Origin: a virus
Taxonomy: Duplodnaviria > Caudoviricetes
IMG/VR virus record: IMGVR_UViG_3300026848_000006
Span: 1-35,262 of that record
Reading direction: 5' to 3' (one strand)
Length of the DNA: 35,262 nucleotides
A model generated the notes under the pieces. It was not told the origin of the DNA and made no database searches. It saw nothing but the letters and a program-made list of their open reading frames with translations. This document shows positions 25,450-33,691 of this stretch, piece after piece. The position numbers and the translations under genes are program-made. Each line of letters opens with the position of its first letter. Position 1 is the stretch's first letter.

Positions 25450-27123
25450 ATGGCTACCTTGCAGGAAGATCTTGAAAGTTCCGTTGCGCTGATCGGGGCA
25501 GATAAGGCGATCATGCATGAGATCGTTCATGGCGATTTCACAACGGTCGTGACAACGGAGAACGGCCCGGTCAAATCGCTGGCAAAAGCCATTGCGGATA
25601 TGGAGACGCAATACGCAGCTAACGCAGTGATTGCGGCGGGTCAGTTAAATAACGCAGAATCATTCAACTGGGCTAACCGGGCGGAAGATAGCGAGTATAC
25701 TGATCAGGATGGCCGGACGGGGTACTCCTCGTTTCACTGGGCTCAGAAGGCAGCGGCATCGGCGGCGATTATTCCGCTCAACAAATACGATGCAGCAGTC
25801 GATCCGGGCGCAAACGATGACGCCGATGCCGGTTATATGCCTGGTTCAAACTGGCTGAACGTTTCGACAGGGGAAGTATATAAATGCATCGACAGCACTG
25901 CCGGAGCGGCGGTTTGGGTAACAACCACACTTACGCTTGATGACTTAGGAACTGCTGCTGCGCAGAACGTTGGAACATCTGTCGGTAATATTCCTCAGCT
26001 TATCGACGTTGGCGGCAACGCTGGCCTGCCTGCCCTGAATGCAGTCAACCTCACTGGCATCTTTGCAAATTACAGCGTCTTCCAAAAATCTGACATCTTC
26101 ACCCCGGCTTTCAAGAAAACCGGAGCGCAGACGATTTCTATCAAGGCCGGAACGCGCATTTCGGCTGGTGGCACGGCTCATTATTGGGCCACAGACACTG
26201 CCGTAACCATGCCAACACATTCGGCTGGCACAGATTATTCGATCTGGCTGAAAACGGATGGCACGTTGGAAGCTGTAGCGGATAGCTTCGGTAGCCCGGC
26301 AACGACTGGTGATCTGACTTCGCCGCAAGCTGGTGCGGTAAAAGTCGGCGGTTATCATTACGGCCTTGTTGGACCGACGGAAACCGTTGCTGGTGGAGGT
26401 TTCAGCACATCTGGCGTTACGTCTGCTGGTGGCTCGTTCGGCTGGACACAAGGCGATGTAGACAAGATCAAAGGCATCAACGAATTCTCGATTTGGGATG
26501 ACGTGTTTAAGTGCGCTGGCGAACAGCGTGGTATGGCATTTGATCCGATCATGAAGATGTGGGCCGCGATCTATTTTATGTCGGATGACCCGGATAATAA
26601 TGGACCGTCCGCCTACAACACCAATGTCGGCAGCGGAACTGTTTTGCCCTACATCCCGTCCGCGTGGGGTGGGGATGGTGTGTTGAAATATTCGCGGCTT
26701 GCAACATTTGAAGCAAATGAACTGGTAACTGCTTTCGGTTTACGTCTGCCGCGATATGAGGAGTTCATGTCCTTCGCCTTCGGCGTAACCGAGGGCCAAA
26801 GCCTTGGAGGTGCATCGTCAACCATAACCGCGACAGCGCGGCAGGCGGGATATACAAGCCGGATCGGGATTGAACAGGCAACTGGACATCAATACACGAT
26901 TGGTGGGCCGATCCACAGCGTCGGCGGTTCCGGTTGGTCCGGCGTAGGGCGTGGTAGCATCTATGCCGGTACAGGTGAAATCCTTCTGAGCGGCAGCCGT
27001 GACTATGGCTCGAATTCCGGGTCGCGCTGCGCGCACTTCGACAATGCGCTGTCCGACTCGAACTGGCGGATTTCGGTTCGTGCCGCCGGTGACCACCTGA
27101 ACCTTGGGCAGGCTGCGCGGTAG
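25450..27123 (+). CDS. mtd: Mtd-like tail fibre / receptor-binding protein, DGR target (C-terminal CLec fold)
   Basis: Resembles BPP-1 Mtd as recalled: 'SIKAGT...DTAVTMP...AGTDY', 'KVGGYHY', 'RLPRYEEF..FAFGVTE', 'QATG', 'GRGSIY', 'SGSR', C-terminus 'VRAAGDHLNL'. Contains the VR. Confidence 0.9.
   Translation: MATLQEDLESSVALIGADKAIMHEIVHGDFTTVVTTENGPVKSLAKAIADMETQYAANAVIAAGQLNNAESFNWANRAEDSEYTDQDGRTGYSSFHWAQKAAASAAIIPLNKYDAAVDPGANDDADAGYMPGSNWLNVSTGEVYKCIDSTAGAAVWVTTTLTLDDLGTAAAQNVGTSVGNIPQLIDVGGNAGLPALNAVNLTGIFANYSVFQKSDIFTPAFKKTGAQTISIKAGTRISAGGTAHYWATDTAVTMPTHSAGTDYSIWLKTDGTLEAVADSFGSPATTGDLTSPQAGAVKVGGYHYGLVGPTETVAGGGFSTSGVTSAGGSFGWTQGDVDKIKGINEFSIWDDVFKCAGEQRGMAFDPIMKMWAAIYFMSDDPDNNGPSAYNTNVGSGTVLPYIPSAWGGDGVLKYSRLATFEANELVTAFGLRLPRYEEFMSFAFGVTEGQSLGGASSTITATARQAGYTSRIGIEQATGHQYTIGGPIHSVGGSGWSGVGRGSIYAGTGEILLSGSRDYGSNSGSRCAHFDNALSDSNWRISVRAAGDHLNLGQAAR
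26989..27093 (+). repeat. DGR variable region (VR)
   Basis: 105-bp gapless match to 27527-27631 with 8 mismatches (26996, 27004, 27034, 27040, 27055, 27067, 27068, 27069); 7 lie opposite TR adenines. Confidence 0.96.
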
Positions 27124-27128
27124 CGCAG
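27073..27128 (+). promoter_or_regulatory. G/C element, IMH and target-recognition hairpin
   Basis: GC-rich VR end, then CACCTGAACCTTGGG where VR diverges from TR (IMH vs IMH*), then hairpin CTGCGC-GGTA-GCGCAG (27113-27128) with a GRNA loop. Confidence 0.8.
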
Positions 27129-27135
27129 ACGAGAC

Positions 27136-27540
27136 ATGAAGGGAGATGGCATAGATTTATGTGGCGACCGTGTTTCGACGCGCGGTCTTGCCATAACAGA
27201 AAGATACATGGGCTTCGTCAACTATGTTTACCCGATGGTCGTGAATTGGTCAGGAAAGCACCGGGTTTTTCGGGAAACGTTTTTGGGAACTATGTTTGAG
27301 CAGGTGGCATTGTTTCATCTTGCCGCCAAGTCAGATCAGCCATCCCGGCTTTACGCCGCCGATGCTGGTCTGGCGGTATTGAGAGAGTTTTTGCGTTTTG
27401 CCGCCGACCAGAATCGGAAGCTCCTGTCAAGGCATCAGCACGAGGTCGCTGAAATACACCTTGCCGAGACAGGGCAGATGCTGGGTGCGTGGATATCCAA
27501 AACGCAAAAGGGCAGGCCGAGGCAAAAGCGGCAACCGTGA
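27136..27540 (+). CDS. avd: DGR accessory variability determinant
   Basis: 'ITERY...YVYP...KH', 'KSDQPSRLYAADAGLAVLR.FLRF', 'AETGQMLGAWI'; sits between target and TR. Confidence 0.93.
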   Translation: MKGDGIDLCGDRVSTRGLAITERYMGFVNYVYPMVVNWSGKHRVFRETFLGTMFEQVALFHLAAKSDQPSRLYAADAGLAVLREFLRFAADQNRKLLSRHQHEVAEIHLAETGQMLGAWISKTQKGRPRQKRQP

Positions 27541-27631
27541 CAATGGCTCGAATTCCGGGTCGCGCTGCGCGAACTTCAACAATGCGCTGTCCAACTCGAA
27601 CTGGAATATTTCGGTTCGTGCCGCCGGTGAC
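27527..27631 (+). repeat. DGR template repeat (TR)
   Basis: Invariant copy of VR with 22 adenines, including 9 AAY codons in the target frame. The first 14 nt overlap the avd 3' end. Confidence 0.96.
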
Positions 27632-27783
27632 GATCAATCATGACTGGATCGGGCTGCTACGGCGTCCCGGTCAGGCCACACTCTGGTGGTCAGCTCGGCA
27701 AGCCTGCTTTGGCGAATACATTACAAGGTCCAGATAGCGGCGAGTAGCTTCGGCGAAAGTCGCGCTGGCATTTATCGGGCAAA
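27632..27783 (+). ncRNA. DGR RNA spacer (structured, TR-RT interval)
   Basis: 152-nt gap with hairpins GATCGGG..cTACGg..CCCGGTC (27647-27672) and GCGGC-GAGTA-GC-TTCG-GC-GAAA-GTCGC (27737-27763). Confidence 0.7.
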
Positions 27784-28767
27784 ATGGGAAAGAAGCACAA
27801 AAACCTGTTTCCAAGAATTGTGGAAACAGAAAATCTATATTGCGCATACAGGCAGGCAGCAAAAGGCAAGAAACACACCAGGCAACACCTTTTGTTCCGG
27901 CAGCATTTGGCCTCGAATATTGCTAATTTGCGGAATTCAATACAATCAGGTGAATACCATCCCGGCGAACCTGATGTCTTTGAGGTTTTCGAACCAAAGA
28001 AACGTGAAATTGTTGCGCTTCCCTTTGTTGATCGGGTTGCGCAACATGCCTTGTGCAATGTCATCGAACCTATTTTCGAAAAGGTATTCCTGCCGCAGAG
28101 TTTTGCTTGCAGGACCGGAAAAGGAACCCATGCCGCCGCAATAGCGGTGCAGGCGGAGCTTCGCAGGATGTCGAAAGTTCACCGGGATATATGGGTTCTT
28201 AAAACCGATTTCAGCAAATATTTTCACAACATAGACAGGGGCGTTCTTCATCGTGAAATCCGACGGAAGGTAGCATGCGAGCGCACGCTTAGGCTGATTG
28301 AAGAATACATTCCTCAACAGGGTATCGGGATACCAATCGGCAATCTAACCAGCCAAATAGCAGCGAATCTTTACGGTCACATCATTGACAGATGGATGGT
28401 TCACGAAATCGGCGTAAAGCGGTTCTTCAGGTATATGGATGACATCGTGGTCCTCGGTTACAGCCGTGAGGCGATGGATCTGTTGCGGTTGTATATGCAG
28501 CATTTTGCGAAGGATCAGATGGGGCTTTCATTTTCAAAATGGAGCGTCCAGCGCGCAAGCCGGGGCGTTAACTTTGTCGGCTATCGAATATGGCCGACGC
28601 ATAAATTGCTGCGTAGGGAATCAGTGGTTCGGGCCAAAAGGAAACTGCGACAGTACCGGCAAAGCGGTGAATCCGAACAGGCAAGAAAATTCATGGCGTC
28701 ATGGTCCGGCCATGCGCGATGGGCTGATTGTGAGAATCTAATGAAGTCGATTGGGGAAGTTGCGTAA
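27784..28767 (+). CDS. brt: DGR reverse transcriptase
   Basis: 'PKKREI.A..F.DRVAQHA', 'SFACRTGKGTH', 'LKTDFSKYF', DGR-type 'GIPIGNLTSQ', catalytic 'RYMDD', 'FVGYRI'. 327 aa with no maturase or endonuclease domain. Confidence 0.96.
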   Translation: MGKKHKNLFPRIVETENLYCAYRQAAKGKKHTRQHLLFRQHLASNIANLRNSIQSGEYHPGEPDVFEVFEPKKREIVALPFVDRVAQHALCNVIEPIFEKVFLPQSFACRTGKGTHAAAIAVQAELRRMSKVHRDIWVLKTDFSKYFHNIDRGVLHREIRRKVACERTLRLIEEYIPQQGIGIPIGNLTSQIAANLYGHIIDRWMVHEIGVKRFFRYMDDIVVLGYSREAMDLLRLYMQHFAKDQMGLSFSKWSVQRASRGVNFVGYRIWPTHKLLRRESVVRAKRKLRQYRQSGESEQARKFMASWSGHARWADCENLMKSIGEVA

Positions 28768-29375
28768 TGCCTAATGCACAAGTAACCGAAGCCATGCTTG
28801 AGGCGTGGGCGGTCGCGCCATCCAATATCGTTATTCTGGATACATTGGAAATCAGGCATCCGTCGTTTGTAACACCGATCCGGGTCGTCAGGAACTTTGA
28901 AGATCTTGCGACGTGGGTTCGTCTTGATGGTCCGAATGTTCAGCCTGTTCTTGATGCGATGGACCCGGAAGATCGCGAAATGGTGGGGCTTGTGGCGCGA
29001 CTGGAAGATACTGCCCCGGCCAATGCCGGGGAGTATGTTCCGTTCATTGCACTGGCGTTTGATGTTGTCCTGCCGAAAGTTGATTCGGTTCCGTTGCCGG
29101 AAACGACATTAACCATGGATAATGTCAGTCGGGAAATTTCCGATGCCTTGGAACTGGCGTCGCAAAGTCAGTATCAAACGGAGGTCACCTATCGCCCCTA
29201 TCACTCAAACAACGTTGCCTATCCGCAGATGGATCCGCCTTTGACCATGATCCTGTCAAATGTGAAGGGGAATACGATGCGTGTGACGGGCCGGGCGCAT
29301 GTGATGGATATCGGCAACAGATCCTATCCGGGGGAGACGTACAACGTTGAAACGTTCCCCGGCCTAGCCCGTTAA
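28767..29375 (+). CDS. Tail-tip protein, DUF1833-like
   Basis: 'ILDTLEIRHPSF..PIRVVR', 'FIALAFDVVLP', 'MDNVSREI', 'ETFPGL'. Confidence 0.8.
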   Translation: MPNAQVTEAMLEAWAVAPSNIVILDTLEIRHPSFVTPIRVVRNFEDLATWVRLDGPNVQPVLDAMDPEDREMVGLVARLEDTAPANAGEYVPFIALAFDVVLPKVDSVPLPETTLTMDNVSREISDALELASQSQYQTEVTYRPYHSNNVAYPQMDPPLTMILSNVKGNTMRVTGRAHVMDIGNRSYPGETYNVETFPGLAR

Positions 29376-29398
29376 ACGCTTCTCCAAAAGGTAATCAG

Positions 29399-29803
29399 AT
29401 GCATTGGGCGTCACAGTATATCGGCCTGCCGTATCATCCGCAGGGCGCGGGGCCAAACGCGTTTCATTGCTGGTCGTTTGTGCGGCATGTGCAAAAGCAG
29501 CGCTTCGATAGGGATTTACCCGAGGTTCCGAACCCCGAGAAAATCCTGGGGGTAGCGAAGGCGTTCCGGGATCATTCCGAGCGGGAGCGATGGCAAAGGG
29601 TGGAAAAACCGGAAGAGGGCGACTGTGTTCTTTTGTGCCAGTCGCGGCATCCGGTCCACGTCGGGATATGGCTGGAAGCGGATCGCGGCGGGGTTTTGCA
29701 CTGTGAGGAATCAAAGGGTGTGGTTTTTCAGGACCACACCCTTCTTCGTTTGTCTGGCTGGCAGATCGAAGGGTTCTATAAGTTTGTCGGAGATCAAAAA
29801 TGA
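29399..29803 (+). CDS. NlpC/P60 tail-tip protein (gpK-like)
   Basis: 'YIGLPY...GPNAFHCWSFV', 'GDCVL...HVGIW...VLHC'. Confidence 0.88.
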   Translation: MHWASQYIGLPYHPQGAGPNAFHCWSFVRHVQKQRFDRDLPEVPNPEKILGVAKAFRDHSERERWQRVEKPEEGDCVLLCQSRHPVHVGIWLEADRGGVLHCEESKGVVFQDHTLLRLSGWQIEGFYKFVGDQK

Positions 29804-32118
29804 ATGGGCTGCAAGAGATCCGGGTTCCGGGCGTTGTCATTCATGTTGCGAATGCTTTCAACCCTGATCGCAACCGTCTGGTCGAGCCTGTCTCGCAGGC
29901 TTGCACGATACGGGAATGGATGGCTTCGCAGGGGATTGAGGAATTTTCGCAGCCGACTTTTTGCCTGTTTAATGGCGAGGCGCTGCTGAGGGCAGAATGG
30001 GGGCGGACCGTTATCGGATCCGGCGACGTATGCACGTTTGTTGCCTTGCCTCATGGCGGCGGGGGTGGCGGGGGTGGAAAAAACCCGCTTCGCATTGTGA
30101 TGAATATCGTTGTTCTGGTTGCGTCGATCTATACCGGGGGTGTTGTTGGTGCCGCGTATGGTGCGACGTGGGGGGCTGTTGCCGGGGCGGCGGTGTCCGT
30201 GGTTGGTGGCGCGCTTGTTAACGCACTGGTTCCCGTTCCAAAGCCTGCGGCGGCTTCATTTTCAGGGAATGATAGCGGTTTTGGGTCTGCCAGCCCGACC
30301 TATAGCATTCAGGCGCAGGCTAATAGCGCGCGTCTGGGGCAGGTCATACCGTCCCAATATGGGCGGCATAAGGTCTTTCCTGATCTGATCGTCAATGAGC
30401 CTTGGTCTGAGTATATCGATAATGAGCAATATCTGAACCAGCCTATGAGTTTGGGGTTGGGCCTGTATGACGTGGAGCGCATTCAGATCGGCGAAACCAG
30501 TATCGATAATTTCGAGGAAGTGACTTACGAAATTGTCGAGCCCGGTCAGGCGGTGTCGCTTTTTGACGTCAACGTTATTACGCGTACCGAAGTTGCATCG
30601 CAGGAATTGAAGGGCACAAACGAACAGGAGGGCGACGGGTATGTTGGCCCGTTCGTTCTGAACCCGGTTGATACGCTTGCGCATAAGGTCGGCATCGATG
30701 TTGCCTGCCCGCGCGGGCTTTATTATGCCAATGATAGCGGAACGCTGTCTTCACGTTCTGTTTCTTGGGTGGTTGAGTGCCGTCAGATTGATGAAGACGA
30801 TCAGCCGGTTGGTTCTGGTGATTGGGTGACGCTCGGATCTGAAACGCTCACGGATGCCAAAAACTCGGTAATCCGCAAAACGTACAATTACGACCTGCCG
30901 TCACATGATCGCTATGAGGTTCGGTTACGGCGGACGAATGCAAAGGATCTTTCGGATCGGGCCGGAAACGAACTGGTTTGGGGGGCGTTGAAGGCATTTG
31001 TCGAGGGACCGACAAGCTTTGACAATGTTTCCTTGCTGCTGGTTCGGATGCGGGCGACCAACAATCTAAGCCAGCGTTCGTCACGGATGGTCAATGTTAT
31101 CCAAACCAGAAAGATCCCGATTTGGGATGATGGCCTTCAGGCGTGGAGCGAGCCGGAGCCTTGTCGCGCGATAGCGTGGGCGCTGGCTGATATCTGCCGG
31201 AGTTCGGCGGGTGCGGGGCTATCAGATAATCGAATTATGATTTCGGATCTTGTTGATCTGGATGCGGATTGGTCTGCGCGCGGAGATCAATTTGATGGTG
31301 TTATCGATTCCAAACTGACGATATGGGATGCGCTGAAAACGGTTTGTCGTTGCGGGCGTGCGGTTCCGGTGCAACAGGGCGGGATTGTCCGCTTTGTTCG
31401 TGACGCGCCGAAGTCGATCCCGGTTGCGATGTACGGGCCGCGAAACATCGTCAAAAATTCGTTTGAGATATCGTATCTGATGCCAAACGAGGATACGGCG
31501 GATGCGGTCAAAGTCGAGTTTTTCAACGAACGCACATGGAAGCCGGACAGCGTGACGTGCAAGCTTGAGGATTCCGAGGCCGTCAAGCCGGGGACGATGA
31601 AGCTTTTGGGCTCCGTTGTCCGGGCTCACTCCAAGCGTGAGGGTGACTATGAAGCGGCGGCAAACCGTTATCGCCGCATCTTCGTCAATTTCCGCACGGA
31701 ACTTGACGGGATGATCCCGACCTATGGAGATCTGATCATGGTTACGCACGACATGCCACGGTGGGGGCAGGGCGGGGAGGTGATCGAATGGGTTGAGGAA
31801 AGCGGCTTGCTTCGCCTTTCTGAACCGTTGGAGTGGCAGGATGGTGTAAGTCATTTTATTGGCCTTCGCGGGCGCAACGGTATTCTTACCGGGCCGTACC
31901 TTTGCGAGCCGGGTGATCAGCCGGATCTTGTCCGTGTTCTTGAGCCTTTGGAAATCGATCCATACACCGGGACAGAAGAAGAAAGGACGTATTTCAGTTT
32001 CGGGCCGGATGGCAATTGGGGAAAGCTTTGCCGCTTTCTGTCATGCGTCCCGAGAAACGGCGGGGAACAATTGGAAATTACTGCGGTAGTCGAGGATAGC
32101 AGGGTTCACGTCAATTGA
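29800..32118 (+). CDS. Tail-tip / central fibre hub protein (gpI-like N-terminus + gpJ-like)
   Basis: 'ALPHGGGGGGGKNPLR', 'ARLGQVIPSQYGRH...PD', 'YEVRLRRT', 'AWALADI', 'VRFVRD', 'PTYGDLIMVTHD'. Confidence 0.88.
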   Translation: MNGLQEIRVPGVVIHVANAFNPDRNRLVEPVSQACTIREWMASQGIEEFSQPTFCLFNGEALLRAEWGRTVIGSGDVCTFVALPHGGGGGGGGKNPLRIVMNIVVLVASIYTGGVVGAAYGATWGAVAGAAVSVVGGALVNALVPVPKPAAASFSGNDSGFGSASPTYSIQAQANSARLGQVIPSQYGRHKVFPDLIVNEPWSEYIDNEQYLNQPMSLGLGLYDVERIQIGETSIDNFEEVTYEIVEPGQAVSLFDVNVITRTEVASQELKGTNEQEGDGYVGPFVLNPVDTLAHKVGIDVACPRGLYYANDSGTLSSRSVSWVVECRQIDEDDQPVGSGDWVTLGSETLTDAKNSVIRKTYNYDLPSHDRYEVRLRRTNAKDLSDRAGNELVWGALKAFVEGPTSFDNVSLLLVRMRATNNLSQRSSRMVNVIQTRKIPIWDDGLQAWSEPEPCRAIAWALADICRSSAGAGLSDNRIMISDLVDLDADWSARGDQFDGVIDSKLTIWDALKTVCRCGRAVPVQQGGIVRFVRDAPKSIPVAMYGPRNIVKNSFEISYLMPNEDTADAVKVEFFNERTWKPDSVTCKLEDSEAVKPGTMKLLGSVVRAHSKREGDYEAAANRYRRIFVNFRTELDGMIPTYGDLIMVTHDMPRWGQGGEVIEWVEESGLLRLSEPLEWQDGVSHFIGLRGRNGILTGPYLCEPGDQPDLVRVLEPLEIDPYTGTEEERTYFSFGPDGNWGKLCRFLSCVPRNGGEQLEITAVVEDSRVHVN

Positions 32119-32154
32119 CGTGAGGATGCGAAAAACAAACCCCGTTTAACGCTT

Positions 32155-32178
32155 GCGCCCCGTATGGGCGCTTTTTTG
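32155..32178 (+). terminator. Intrinsic terminator after the tail operon
   Basis: GCGCCC-ccgtat-GGGCGC followed by TTTTTT. Confidence 0.7.
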
Positions 32179-32202
32179 TACTCAAGGTAAGGGGGATCCG
32201 CC

Positions 32203-32526
32203 TTGTTAGAGAAACTACCGCCGGAAGCGCAGCAAGTCATCATTAGCGTGATCGGCTTGTTGCCGACCGCATTGCTGGGGCGGCTGATCTATCACCAGCG
32301 AGAAGCCCGGCAGGGGCGGCGGCGATTTTGGAGCCGTGATCTGTTTTGGGAAATTCCGACGGCGGCGCTTTGTGCGGTTATCGCAGGGGGCATTGCATCC
32401 TATCAGGGGCTTGATCTTTTTATGACGCAAGCCCTTGTCGGCATCGTTGGTTACATAGGGCCGCGCGGTTTGCAGGTCATGATTATGAAGGCGGTTGAGA
32501 AATACGGACCCAAAAAGCAGGAGTAA
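32203..32526 (+). CDS. Holin (LydA-like)
   Basis: 107 aa with 2-3 hydrophobic segments, 'LFWEIPTA', 'GYIGPRG'. First gene of the lysis cluster. Confidence 0.75.
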   Translation: MLEKLPPEAQQVIISVIGLLPTALLGRLIYHQREARQGRRRFWSRDLFWEIPTAALCAVIAGGIASYQGLDLFMTQALVGIVGYIGPRGLQVMIMKAVEKYGPKKQE

Positions 32527-32529
32527 AAA

Positions 32530-32991
32530 ATGCTTATCTCAGTGGATCGCCTCACGGGCGATCAGGATAGCACCGTCAGCCGGGTAATGGTTGACGGTGT
32601 TTTTGTTTGCTTTGGTCTTGAAGATCAGTATCGCGACGGCCCGAAAGTGCCCGGCGAGACGCGTATTCCGGCAGGTCGTTACAAGATCAAGGTTCGCCAG
32701 TATGGCGGCTTTCATGATCGCTATGCGGATCGGTTCCCGGAAATGCATCGCGGAATGCTGGAAGTTGCCGACGTTCCGGGCTTTACCGATATCCTCATTC
32801 ACTGCGGGAATACGCACAAGCATACGGCGGGGTGTTACTTGCCCGGAACGGGGGTGGAAACCGCGCCGGGGCGCATGTCGGTTCAAAACTCCGAAACGGC
32901 TTACCGGAAGCTTTACCCGATGGTGATTGAGGCTGCGTATCGGGGAGATCTGTTCATTGAATACGCCGACAATGATCGCATAGGGGGTTGA
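32530..32991 (+). CDS. DUF5675-like protein, putative endolysin
   Basis: 'CFGLED...KVPGETRIPAGRY', 'VPGFTDILIHCGNT...TAGCYLPG' with a His/Cys pair; between the holin and a membrane protein. Confidence 0.78.
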   Translation: MLISVDRLTGDQDSTVSRVMVDGVFVCFGLEDQYRDGPKVPGETRIPAGRYKIKVRQYGGFHDRYADRFPEMHRGMLEVADVPGFTDILIHCGNTHKHTAGCYLPGTGVETAPGRMSVQNSETAYRKLYPMVIEAAYRGDLFIEYADNDRIGG

Positions 32992-32992
32992 T

Positions 32993-33649
32993 ATGTTGAC
33001 CGGGATCATCGCCGCCATGAGCGGCGCTTCTGCCCTGTTTGACATGGGCCGGGATCTTTATGCGCAGATCACAGGTGAAAAGCCGCCTGAGACGCCGGAA
33101 GCGTTTGAAGATGCGGTTCTGAAGATGCCTGAAGATCAGCGATCACTTTTCATCGATCAGATGCAAAAGCGCATTGAGGAATATCAGGCGCAAACAGATC
33201 GATTGAATGCGGAGCAAGGCGCGTTTGACGCGAACCTTCTTTCGGCTGTTCCTGAAGCGAGCCGTGGAAAAATTGCCGAAATGCGCATGACAACAAGGCC
33301 GTGGGTCGTGCGTTTAATGACCCGCGTCATGGTCTGGCCGATCCTGTTCCCCATGATGGCCGATCTGTCCTTGGCGGTGACAAATTCTTTGCTTGCCGGG
33401 TTGCAGGTTGTTCATTCTGACGGGACGTTGATCCAGTTTCGGTTGGTGAGCGGTGATTTCTTCGGTTCGGAGATCTCGCTTTATTCGCGGATGTATCAGG
33501 AGGTTGTCGGGCCTGCATCCATCATTATTCTTTGCTTCATGACGTTGCGCAGTGTGATTGACAAAAAGCGTGAGAACGGGCAGGGGGGCGAAGGGCTTTC
33601 GGGTATCGTATCCGGGGCGCGGGCGCTTTTGAAGGCGTTCAAGAAGTGA
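32993..33649 (+). CDS. Membrane protein of the lysis cluster (holin-3TM-like)
   Basis: N-terminal amphipathic/coiled region, 'TTRPWV' followed by hydrophobic segments. Confidence 0.55.
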   Translation: MLTGIIAAMSGASALFDMGRDLYAQITGEKPPETPEAFEDAVLKMPEDQRSLFIDQMQKRIEEYQAQTDRLNAEQGAFDANLLSAVPEASRGKIAEMRMTTRPWVVRLMTRVMVWPILFPMMADLSLAVTNSLLAGLQVVHSDGTLIQFRLVSGDFFGSEISLYSRMYQEVVGPASIIILCFMTLRSVIDKKRENGQGGEGLSGIVSGARALLKAFKK

Positions 33650-33651
33650 GA

Positions 33652-33691
33652 GGGGGCGGGGCGAACTTGTATCGCTCCGCCCCTTTTTTTT
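33652..33691 (+). terminator. Intrinsic terminator ending the late operon
   Basis: GGGCGGGGCGA...TCGCTCCGCCC stem followed by T8. Confidence 0.8.

Larger units (their letters stand above)
25450..28767 (+). mobile_element. Diversity-generating retroelement cassette (target/VR - avd - TR - spacer - RT)
   Basis: All components are present in BPP-1 order, with adenine-biased TR/VR mismatches. Confidence 0.95.

Noticed and set aside
27398-27643. 81-aa ORF resembling the fibre C-terminus (apparent gene duplication)
   Set aside because: It is just the TR read in the target frame, overlapping avd; the TR functions as RNA.
27784-28767. RT as a group II intron, retron or Abi RT
   Set aside because: It has no maturase or endonuclease domain and no msr/msd. 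It has the DGR-type SQ motif, avd and an adenine-biased TR/VR pair.
30054-30077. G-rich run as a phase-variable tract or G-quadruplex
   Set aside because: It encodes the poly-Gly linker (PHGGGGGGGKNP) typical of gpI-like tail-tip proteins, and the frame is intact.
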